Source: Haplodiscus bocki
Lineage: Eukaryota
Assembly: GCA_965655095.1 (NCBI GenBank)
Contig: OZ296651.1
Location: 3,844,001 to 3,908,000, forward strand
Length of the DNA stretch: 64,000 nucleotides
Direction of reading: 5' to 3'
Below the pieces are notes generated by a model that searched no databases, was not told where the DNA came from, and saw only the letters and a program-made list of their open reading frames with translations. The position numbers and the translations under genes were made by a program. Numbering within the stretch: position 1 is the stretch's first letter; each line of letters opens with the position of its first letter. This document shows positions 49,801 through 61,800 of this stretch, piece by piece.

Positions 49801-52800
49801 TTCACAGTAAACGTTCATGAGGCAAATGTTTAACAGAATTCAGAGTTTTCAATTTCAGTAACTGTGAAAGAAAAAGTTCTATTGAAAAATTCAGCACAGT
49901 TTCTTTCATTTTCAGTATGAGAAATTGAGATGTTTGTCAATTTCTGGTTAGCAGTTGATGGGTTTCGTCCACTCAGTATTGAATGATAAAGAAACGTTTG
50001 AAAAACGAAGTTTTGTTCCAATGAACTTTATTAACATGCTAGAAAAGGGCGACTTCTTTTTCAGCGGAACAGTGAAATCAACTTCTTTTCTCACTTTTTT
50101 GTTAATATTCAATTTACGCACACTTAAAGCAAGTATAACCTAACGATGCGGAAATGACCAAATTTTGAGAAGCCTTTCAACAAAATCATCGAAACAAAAA
50201 TTGTTTTCCTGTTACTTCTCCAGTTCAGCAAATCTTGTCTATTCATAATTTTTGTGTTAGAGAAATTCAACTCAAGGACTGACATCATCGTTAACACAAC
50301 CACTTGGGAAAAAAAACAACAAAAGGTAGAAACATTTCCAAAACAAATTGTTTTCAGCATACCATGGATTAATATCTGTGAGACTGTCATTCAGAAAGCG
50401 CAAAAAAACAAAGATTCTTACAATACCCTAGTACCATCTGCAAAAGTTTAGGCATGATGTGATGACAATAATATTGCAGATCATACCCGTATTAAAGAAA
50501 CACCAGAGGACGAAATTATGATCCCTGTGGAACACTGCATACAATAGCGACCAAAAAAGAAAATGCAACCTAAAAGTTTACAAGATGGTACCAGCTGGGA
50601 TTAAATTATCGCAACCAATCAAATGCAACATTTCTGGTGCCGTATTCTACTAATTACATCAGTAGTGGTTCGTAGTCTAGCCCTTTGAATGCTTCTCTAA
50701 AGTCAAGAAGAAAGCAAAAACCAACCGTACTTTTTTTCCAGTCCTATCAACAAGAGCATCAGTGGTCGAAACATTAGTTCGGAAAGCGAACTGATTATTC
50801 TATAGAACTTTTGATCTATATAGGACGCTTTGAATGCGGTTTTACATACAACTCTCAAAACTTTCACTTGAAGGTGAAACAACAGGAAACGCCTATCACT
50901 TTCTGTCTACAGTTTTGATCGAGAATTTAGTATGGGTGTTATCGTAGCGATTTTAGGGCAATAAGGAAAAACGACTAAGAAAACGAAAAAATAATTTCAA
51001 CCAACAACAGTAAACTTTGATTGCGGTTTTACATAAATCACTCAAACTATTTACCTAAAAATGAAACAACAGAGCTCCGCCTATATTTTTCTGCCTATGG
51101 TTTTGATACGCAACTTTGTTAGGGTGTTATTGTAGCGTTTTTAGGGAAATGTGGAAAAACGACTTAGTCAGCGAAATTTCAATTTCAACCAACACAATTT
51201 GAGCGGAAACGTGCGCACAATTTCTCATAGTTTGGATTGACAATTCATCAATGCCATTTGCCTTTTCACTGTCAAAGTTTTTTTGGGCTTCAAAGTTCTA
51301 CGGCAACGAAATCTTGGATTACGCCAGAAAACTGATATTCCCTTAGTTAGTATAATTGCAGTAAACACAACATGAAGCATTGATTTGACAGGTTTTTGTA
51401 TTCCAACACGTTTGGAAGAATAAGTTCTATGAGAAATTTCAACACAGTCTTTTTTCTTTTTTAATTAGGAAACCTGAGATTTTTATCAATCCTGGATCAG
51501 CAGTTGATGGTTCCCTTCCAGTAAGTTTTGACTGATATTAAACGTTTGATAAACAATTGTTTGTTTCTCATGAAGTTTTTCAATTTGGTACAAAAGGGCA
51601 ACTTCTTTTAAATCGGGATAAAATATTCACTTTTCCTTCTCAAATGTTTTTTGTCAACCAAATGAAGCTCGTTTAGAGAAAGGAAAACTCAACGATAAAT
51701 TCTCCATCAATTTTTGAGTAGTCTTTTGAAAAAACAAAGAAAACAAGAAATGGTTTTCGGTTTGTTCTTCACTTTAGAAAGTTTTGCGGACTCATCTAAA
51801 ACTTGTTGGAGTATATTAACTTAATGACTGACATCGTCGTTAAGGCAAGCACTCGGAAAAAATAAAGTAACTTGAAGATGGGAACAGTTTGAAAACAAAA
51901 AGTTTTCAGCATACCATAGGTTAATATCAGTGAGTTCCAAATTCAGAAAATAAAGAATTATTAGATTCGTACGTTGGCTTTATATCGTCTTGAGAAACGT
52001 TAAATGTGTTGCATCGACAATAGTACTGCAGATCGTAAGCGTATTGAAGAAACAACAGGGAACGAAGTTTTGATACCTGTGGAACACTACATTCAATAGC
52101 ACCCCAACAGGAGATAGCATAATCAAATATTAAACGACGACAGCAGTTGGAAAAATTTCAACGGAAGAAAACAGCGGCTGCAGTTCTAATGCCGTTTTCC
52201 GTTAAATTCATCAGCAGTTGCACCTAGTCTTTTATATCGAAAGCTTTCCTTATGTCGAAAAAAAACCAACCCTTTTTTTTCAAATTATAGTTTTTCAGTT
52301 CTCTCAACAAGAGCATCGGTGGTCCGTTTTTTTTCTGAAACGCTAACTGCTTGCTTAATCTACAAACTTTTTGATCTATTTAGGAAACTTTGAATGCGGT
52401 TATAGACTGGTCTATCAATTTACCCACCTAAAGATGAAACAACAAAGATAGGCTTATATGTTTCTGCCTATGGTTTCGATCCAACTTTAGGTTTTAACGC
52501 AGTTTGAAAAAACGCCTCAGGAAATCAAACAATTAATGTCAACCAACAAAGTTTGAGATGAAACGTGCGCTAAAGTTTTCAAATGTTCAATTGAAAATTC
52601 ATCATTGCCATTTGACTTTCCACTGTCAAGCTTCTTTAATGGACCACAAAATTCTACAGCAGTGCAATCATGCAAGAAAACTGACCTCTCTTGTTTTGGT
52701 ATGTTCACAGTAAACGTTCATGAGGCAAAAATTTAACAGAATTCAGAGTTTTCAATTTCAGCAAATGTGAAAGAAAAAATTTTATTGAAAAATTCAGCAC

Positions 52801-55800
52801 AGTTTCCTTCAATTTCAGTATGAAAAACCGAGATGTTTGTCAATTTCTGATTGGCAGCTGATGGTTTTTGTCCACTCAGTATTGAAAGATAAAGAAACGT
52901 TTGAGAAACGAAGTTTTGTTCCCATGAACTTTATTAACTTGCTAGAAAAGGGCGGCTTTCTTTCAGCGGAAGAGTGAAATCAACTTCTTTTCTCACTTTT
53001 TTGTTAATATTCATTTTACGCACACTTAAAGCAAGTATAACCTAACGATGCGGAAATGACCAAATTTTGAGAAGCCTTTCAACAAAATCATCAAAACAAA
53101 AATTGTTTTCCTGTTACTTCTCCAGTTCAGCAAATCTTGTCTTTTCATCATTTTTGTGTTAGAGAAATTCAACTCAAGGACTGACATCATCGTTAACACA
53201 ACCACTTGGGAAAAAAGCAACAAAAAGATAGAAACATTTCCAAAACAAAGTGTTTTCAGCATACCATGCATTATTATCTGTGAGATTGTCATTCAGAAGG
53301 CGCAAAAAAACTTAGATTCCTACAATACCTTAGTATCATCTGCAAAAGCTTAGGCATGATGTGTTGACGATAATATTGCAGATCATAACTGTTATAAAGA
53401 AACACCAGAGGACGAAATATTGATCCCTGTGGGGCACTGCGTACAATAGCAACCTAAAACGAAAATGCAACCTAAAAGTTCACACGATGGTACCAACTGG
53501 GATTATATTAGCCGAACCAGTCAAAAATAACAATACTAATGCCGTATTGTGTTAATTACATCAGTAGTGGTTCGTAGTCTAGCCTATTGAATGCTTCTCT
53601 AAAGTCAAGAAGAAAGCAAAAACCAGCCGTACTTCTTGCAAATCTTAATTTTCCAGTTCTATCAACAAGAACAACAGTGGTTGAAGCATTAGTTCGGAAA
53701 CCGAACTGCTTAATCTATAAAATTTTTGATCTATATAGGACACTATAAATGCGGTTTTACATACAGCTCTCAAAGTTTTCACTTGAAGACGAAACAACAG
53801 AGCAAGGCCTATCACTTTCTGCCTATGGTTTTGATCAAGAATATTGTATGGGTGTTATCGTAGTGGTTTTAGAGCAATAAGGAAAAACAACACTAGGAAA
53901 CGAAATTTCTAATTTCAACCAAGAAAGTTTGAGCTGAAACGTTCGCAAAAGTTCTCAAAACTTTGATTGACAATCCATCAATGCCATTTGCGTTTCCACT
54001 GTCAAAGTTTTTTTTTGGGCTGGAAAGTTCTACAGCAATGAAATGATGAATTAAGCAAGAAAACTGATATTCTCTTAGTTGGAATTTTTGCAGTAAACAC
54101 AACAAGAAGCAATGATTTAACAGGTTTTGTATTCCAACACCTATGGAAGAAAACGTTCTATGAGAATTTTCATCACAGTCTTTTGTTCTTTGTTAATTAG
54201 GAAACCTGAAGTTTTTATCACTTCTGGATAAGCAGTTGATGGTTCTCGTCCACTCCGTCTTGAATGATAACAAAACGTTTGAAGAACAAACGTTTGGTTT
54301 TCATGAAATTATTCATCAGCTTGGTAAAAAAACGCAGTTTCTCTCTAAAGCGAATTGAAAAACCAAATTTTTTTCCTCAAATGTTTGGTGTCATTCAATT
54401 TAAGCTTTAGAGGCAAGAAAACATAACGATAAAGTCTCTATCATTTCTTGAGTAGGCTTTTGACAAAAAAATGAAACCATGGAATGTTTTTCGTTTTGTT
54501 CTTCACTTTAGAAAGTTTTGCGGACTCATCAAATACTTGTTGGAGTATACTAACTTAATGACTGACATCGTCGTTAAGACAGGCATTCGGAAAAAAAAGA
54601 AGTAACTTGAAGATGGGAACAGTTTGAAAACAAAAAGTTTTCAGCAAACCTTAGGTTATTATCAGTGAGTTACAAATTCAGAATTTAAAAAAAATATTAG
54701 ATTCGTACATTGGCTTAGTATCGTCTTGAGAAACGTTAAGTGTGATGTATCGACAATAGTACTGCAGATCGTAAGCGTATGAAAGAAACAACAGGAAACG
54801 AAGTTTTGATACCTGTGGAACACTACATTCAAAAGCACCCCAACAAGAGATAGCATAATCAAATAATAAACGATGACAGCAGTTAGAAAAACTTCAGCAC
54901 AACTAAACGGCGGCAACATTTCTAATGCCGTTTTTGCGTTAAATTCATCAGCAGTTGTTCCTAGTTTCTTATAACAAATGCTTTCCTCATGTCAAAAAAA
55001 CCAACCGTTTTCTTTTCAAATTTTATTTTTTCAATTCTCTCAAAAGAGCATCGGTGGTCCGAACTTTTTTTTGAAACTCTAACTGCCTAATCTATAAAAA
55101 TTTTGATCTATTTAGGAAACTTTGAATGCGGTTAAAGATTGGTCTATCATATTACCCATCTAAAGATGAAACAGCAAAGCTAGGCTTGTATGTTTCTGCC
55201 TATGGTTTCGATCCAAATTTAAGTTTTAGCGCAGTTTGGAAAAAAGGCTAAGAAAATCAAAAATTTAGTTTTACCCAACAAAATCTGAGCTGAAAAGTGC
55301 GCTAAAGCTTTCAAATGTTCAGTTGAAATCTCATCAAAGCCATTTGGCTTTCCACTGTCCGGCTTCTTTATTTGAATAGAAATTTCTACAACAGTGCAAT
55401 CACGCTAGAAGACTGATACTCTTAGAATGCTATATTCGGATTAAACGTTCCTTGAGGCAAGTGTTTAACAGATTTCAAAATTTGAGTTTCAGCATCTGTG
55501 GAAGAAAAAGTTTTATTAAAAAATTCACCACAGTTTTTTTCATCCTTACTTTGAAAAACTGAGATGTTTGTCAATTTCGGACAAGCAGTTGATGATTTTC
55601 GTCCACTCAGTATTGAATGATAAACAAACGTTTGAAAAATATAGGTATGTTCCCTATGAACTTTTAAAAATGCTAGAAAGCGGCAGCTTCAATTCAAGCC
55701 GAACAGTGAAACCAACTACCTTTCTCACTTTTTTGTTATGATTCAATATAGGCTCAGTTAATGAAAGAATATCTTAATGATGCTGAATCGATCAATTTTG

Positions 55801-58800
55801 GAGAAGCCCTCCAACAAAATCATCAAACCAAAATTTGCTTTCCCGTTATTTCTCCAGTTCACCAAATCTTGTCTATTCATCATTTTTGTGTTAGAGAAAT
55901 TCAACTCAAGGACTGACATCATCGTTAACACAACCGCTTGGGAAAAAAATAGCAACAAAAGGTAGAAACATTTCCAAAACAAAATGATTTCAGCATAATT
56001 TGAGTTGATATCTGTGAGATCTTCATCCAGATAGCGCAAAAAAACTTAGATTCCTACAATAACTTAGTACCATCTGCAAAAGTTTACGCATGATGTGATG
56101 ACAAAAATATTGCAGATCATACCCGTAATAAAGAAACACCAGAGGACAAAAATTTGATCCCTGTGGAACACTGCATACAATAGCGACCAAAAAAGAAAAT
56201 GCAACCTAAAAGTTTACACGATCGTACCAGCTGGGATTATATTATCGCAACCAATCAAAGGCAATATTTCTAATGCCGTATTCTGCTAATTACATCAGTG
56301 TTGGTTCGTAGTCTAGCCAATTGAATGCTTCTCTAAAGTCAAGAAGAAAGCAAAAACCAACCGTACCTTTGCAGATCTTTTTTTCCAGTTATATCAACAA
56401 GAGCATCAGTGGTCGAAACATTAGTTCGGAAACCGAACTGATTAATCTATAGAATATTTGATCTATATAGGACGCTTTGAATGCGGTTTTACATACAACT
56501 CTCAAACTTTTCACTTGAAGATGAAACAACAGAGCAACGCCTCTCACTTTCAGTCTACTGTTTTGATCGAGAATTTTGTATGGGTGTTATCGTAGCGGTT
56601 TTAGGGCAATAAGGAAAAACGACTAAGAAAACGAAAAAATAATTTCAACCAACAACAGTAAATTTTGATTGCGGTTTTAAATAAATCACTCAAACTATTT
56701 ACCTAAAGATGAAACGACAGAGCTCCGCCTATATTTATCTGCCCATGGTTTTGATACGCAACTTTATTAGGGTGTTTTTGTAGCGTTTTTGGGGAAATGT
56801 GGAAAAACGACTTTGTCAGCGAAATTTCAATTTCAACCAACACAAGTTGAGGGGAAACGCGCGCACAATTTCTCAAAGTTTGGATTGACATTTCATCAAT
56901 GCCAACTGCCTTTCCACTGTCAAAGATTTTTTTGGGCTGCAAAGTCCTACGGCAATGAAATCTTGAATTACGCCAGAAAACTGATATTCCCTTAGTTAGT
57001 ATAGTTGCAGTAAACACAACATGAGGCATTGATTTCACAGGTTTTTGTATTCCAACAGGTTTGGAAGAATAAGTTCGATGAGAAATTTCATCACAGTCTT
57101 TTTTTCTTTTTTAATTAGGAAACTTGAGATTTTTATCAATCCTGGATAAGCAGTTGATGGTTCCCTTCCAGTAAGTTTTGACTGATATTAAACGTTTGAA
57201 AAACAGTTGTTTGTTCCTCATGAAGTTTTTCAATTTGGTATAAAAGGGCAACTTCTTTTAAATCGGGATAATATAATCACTTTTCCTTCTCAAATGTTTG
57301 TTGTCAACCAAATTAAGCTCGTTTAGAGAAAGGAAAACTCAACAATAAATTCTCCATCAATTTTTGAGTAGGCTTTTGACAAAACAATGAAACCAAGGAA
57401 TGTTTTTCGGTGTGTTCTTCACTTTAGAAAGTTTTGCGGACTCATCTAATACTTGTTGGAGTATATTAACTTAATGACTGACATCGTCGTTAAGGCAAGC
57501 ACTCGGAAAAAATAAAGTAACTTGAAGGTGGGAACAGTTTGAAAACAAAAAGTTTTCAGCATACCATAGGTTAATATCAGTGAGTTCCAAATTCAGAAAT
57601 TAAAAAATTATTAGATTCGTACATTGGCTTTATATCGTCTTGAGAAACGTTAAATGTGTTGCATCGACAATAGTACTGCAGATCGTAAGCGTATTGAAGA
57701 AACAACAGGGAACGAAGTTTTGATACCTGTGGAACACTACATTCAATAGCACCCCAACAAGAGAAAGCAGAATCAAATATTAAACGACGACAGCAGTTGG
57801 AAAAATTTCAACGGAACTAAACAGCGGCAGCAGTTCTAATGCCCTTTCGCGTTAAATTCATCAGCAGTTGCACCTAGTCTTTCATATCGAAAGCTTTCCT
57901 TATGTTGAAAAAAAACCAACCCTTTTCTTTTAAAATTATAGTTTTTCAGTTCTCTCAACAAGAGCATCGGTGGTCCATTTTTTGTCTGAAACGCTAACTG
58001 CTTGCTTAATCTACAAACTTTGATACATTTAGCAAACTTTGAATGCAGCTATAGATTGGTCTACCAATTTACCCACCTAAAGATGAAACAACAAAGATAG
58101 GCTTATATGTTTCCGCCTATGGTTTCGATCCAACTTTAAGTTTTAAAGCAGTTTGAAAAAACGCCTTAAGAAATCAAACAATTAATGTCAACCAACAGAG
58201 TTTGAGATGAAACGTGCGCTAAAGTTTTCAAATAATCAATTGAAAATTCATCATTGCCATTTGACTTTCCACTGTCAAGCTTCTTTAAGGGACCACAAAG
58301 TTCTACAGCAGTGCAATCATGCAAGAAAACTGACCTCTCTTGTTTTGGTATGTTCACAGTAAACGTTCATAGAGGCAAAAATTTAACAGAATTCAGAGTT
58401 TTCAATTCCAGCAACTGTGAAAGAAGAAGTTCTATTGAAAAATTCAGCACAGTTTCTTTCATTTTCAGTATGAAAAACTGAGATGTTTATCAATTTCTGA
58501 TTAGCAGTTGATGGTTTTCGTCCACTCAGTATTGAATTATAAAGAAACGTTTGAAAAACGAAGTTTTGTTCCCATGAACTTTATTAACTTGCTAGAAAAA
58601 GGCGGCTTCTTTTTCGGCCGGAACAGTGAAATCAACTTCTTTTCTCACTTTTTTGTTAAAATTCATTTTACGCACACTTAAAGCAAGTATAACCTAACGA
58701 TGCGGAAATGACCAAATTTTGAGAAGCCTTTCAACAAAATCATTAAAACAAAAATTGTTTTCCTGTTACTTCTCCAGTTCAGCAAGTCTTGTCTATTCAT

Positions 58801-61800
58801 CATTTTTGTGTTAGAGAAATTCAACTCAAGGACTGACATCATCGTTAACACAACCACTTGGGAAAGAAAGCAACAAAAAGATAGAAACCTTTCCAAAACA
58901 AAATGTTTCCAGCATAACATGCATTATTATCTGTGAGATTGTCATTCAGAAGGCGCAAAAAAACTTAGATTCCTACAAAACCTTAGTATCATCTGCAAAA
59001 GCTTAGGCATGATGTGTTGACGATAAAATTGCAGATCATAACTGTTATAAAGAAACACCAGAGGACGAAATATTGATCCCTGTGGGGCACTGCGTACAAT
59101 AGCAACCTAAAACAAAAATGCAACCTAAAAGTTCACACGATGGTACCAGCTGGGATTTTCTTAGCCGAACCAGTCAAAAATAACAATTCTAATGCCGTAT
59201 TGTGTTTATTACATCAGTAGTGGTTCGTAGTCTAGCCTATTGAATGCTTCTCTAAAGTCATGAAGAAAGCAAAAACCAGCCGTACTTCTTGCAAATCTTA
59301 ATTTTCCAGTTCTATCAACAAGAACATCAGTGGTTGAAGCATTAGTTCGGAAATCGAACTGCTTAATCTATAAAATTTTTGATCTATATAGGACACTATG
59401 AATGCGGTTTTACATACAGCTCTCAAAGTTTTCACTTGAAGACGAAACAACAGAGCAAGGGCTATCACTTTCTGCCTATGGTTTTGATCAAGAATTTTGT
59501 ATGGGTGTTATCGTAGTGGTTTTAGAGCAATAAGGAAAAACGACACTAGGAAACGAAATTTCTAATTTCAACCAAGAAAGTTTGAGCTGAAACGTTCGCA
59601 AAAGTTCTCAAAACTTTGATTGACAATCCATCAATGCCATTTGCGTTTCCACTGTCAATGTTTTGTTTTGGGCTGGAAAGTTCTACAGCAATAAAATGAT
59701 GAATTATGCAAGAAAATTGATATTCTCTTAGTTGGAATTTTTGCAGTAAACACAACAAAAGGCAATGATTTAACAGGTTTTTGTTTTCCGACACCTATGG
59801 AAGAAAAAGTTCTATGAGAATTTTCATCACAGTCTTTTGTTCTTTGTTAATTAGGAAACCCGAAATTTTTATCAATCCTGGATAAGCAGTTGATGGTTCC
59901 CTTCCAGTAAGCTTTGACTGATATTAAACGTTTGAGAAACAATTGTTTGTTTCTCATGAAGGTTTTCAATTTGGTAGAAAAGGGCAACTTCTTTTAAATC
60001 GGGATAAAAAAATCACTTTTCCTTCTCAAATGTTTGTTGTCAACCAAATTAAGCTCGTTTAGAGAAACGAAAACTCAACGATAAATTCTCCATCAACTTT
60101 TGAGTAGGCTTTTGACAAAACAATGAAACCAAGGAATGTTTTTCGGTTTGTTCTTCACTTTAGAAAGTTTTGCGGACTCATCAAATACTTGTTGGAGTAT
60201 ATTAACGTAATGACTGACATCGTCGTTAAGGCAAGCACTCGGAAAAAATAACGTAACTTGAAGATCGGAACAGTTTGAAAACAAAAAGTTTTCAGCATAC
60301 CGTAGGTTAATATCAGTGAGTTCCAAATTCAGAAATTAAAAAATTTATTAGACTCGTACGTTGGTTCAGTATCGTCTTGAGAAACGTTAAGTGTGATGTA
60401 TCGACAATAGTACTGCAGATCGTAAGCGTATTAAAGAAACAACAGGGAACGAAGTTTTGATACCTGTGGAACACTACATTCAATAGCACCCCAACAAGAG
60501 ATAGCATAATGAAATATTAAACTACGACAGCAGTTGGAAATATTTCAACGGAACTAAACAGCGGCAGCAATTCTAATGCCGTTTTGCGTTAAACTCATCA
60601 GTAGTTGTTCCTATTCTTTCATATCGAAAGCTTTCCTAATGTCAAAAAAAACCAACCCTTTTGTTTTCAAATTATAGTTTTTCAGTTCTCTCAACAAGAG
60701 CATCGGTGGTCCATTTTTTGTCTGAAACGCTAACTGCTTGCTTAATCTACAATTTTTTTGACCTATTTAGGAAACTTTGAATGCGGTTATAGATTGGTCT
60801 ATCAATTTACCCACCTAAAGATGAAACAACAAAGCTAGGCTTATATGTTTCTGCCTATGGTTTCGATCCAACTTTAAGTTTCAACGCACTTTGTAAAAAC
60901 GCCTTAGGAAATCAAACAATTAATGTCAACCAACAGAGTTTGAGATGAAACGTGCGCTAAAGTTTTCAAATGTTCAATTGAAAATTCATCATTGCCATTT
61001 GACTTTCCACTGTCAAGCTTCTTTAATGGACCACAAAATTCTACAGCAGTGCAATCATGCAAGAAAACTGACCTCTCTTGTTTTGGTATGTTCACAGTAA
61101 ACGTTCATGAGGCAAATATTTAACAGAATTCAGAGTTTTCAATTTCAGCAACTGTGAAGGAAAAAGTTCTATTGAAAAATTCAGCACAGTTTCCTTCATT
61201 TTCGGCATGAAAAACTGAGATTTTTGTCAATTTCTGATTAGCAGTTGATAGTTTTCGTCCACTCAGTATTGAAAGATAAAGAAACGTTTGAAAATTGAAG
61301 ATTTGTTCCCATGAACCTTATTAACTTGCAAGAAAAGGGCGGCTTCTTTTTCAGCGGAACAGTGAAATCAACTTCTTTTCTCACTTTTTTGTTAATACTC
61401 AATTTACGCACACTTAAAGCAAGTATAACCTAACGATGTGGAAATGACCAAATTTTGAGAAGCCTTTCAACAAAATCATCAAAACAAAAATTGTTTTCCT
61501 GTTACTTCTCCAGTTCAGCAAATCTTGTCTATTCATCATTTTTGTGTTAGAGAAATTCAACTCAAGGACTGACATCATCGTTAACACAACCACTTGGGAA
61601 AAAAAGCAACAAAAAGGTAAAAACATTTCCAAAACAAAATGTTTTCAGCACACCATGCATTTTTATCTGTGAGATTGTCATTCAGAAAGCGCAAAAAAAC
61701 TTAGAGTCCTACAATACATTAGTATCATCTGCAAAAGCTTAGCCATGATGTGTTGACGATAATTTTGCAAATCATAACTGTAATAAAGAAAAAACAGAGG

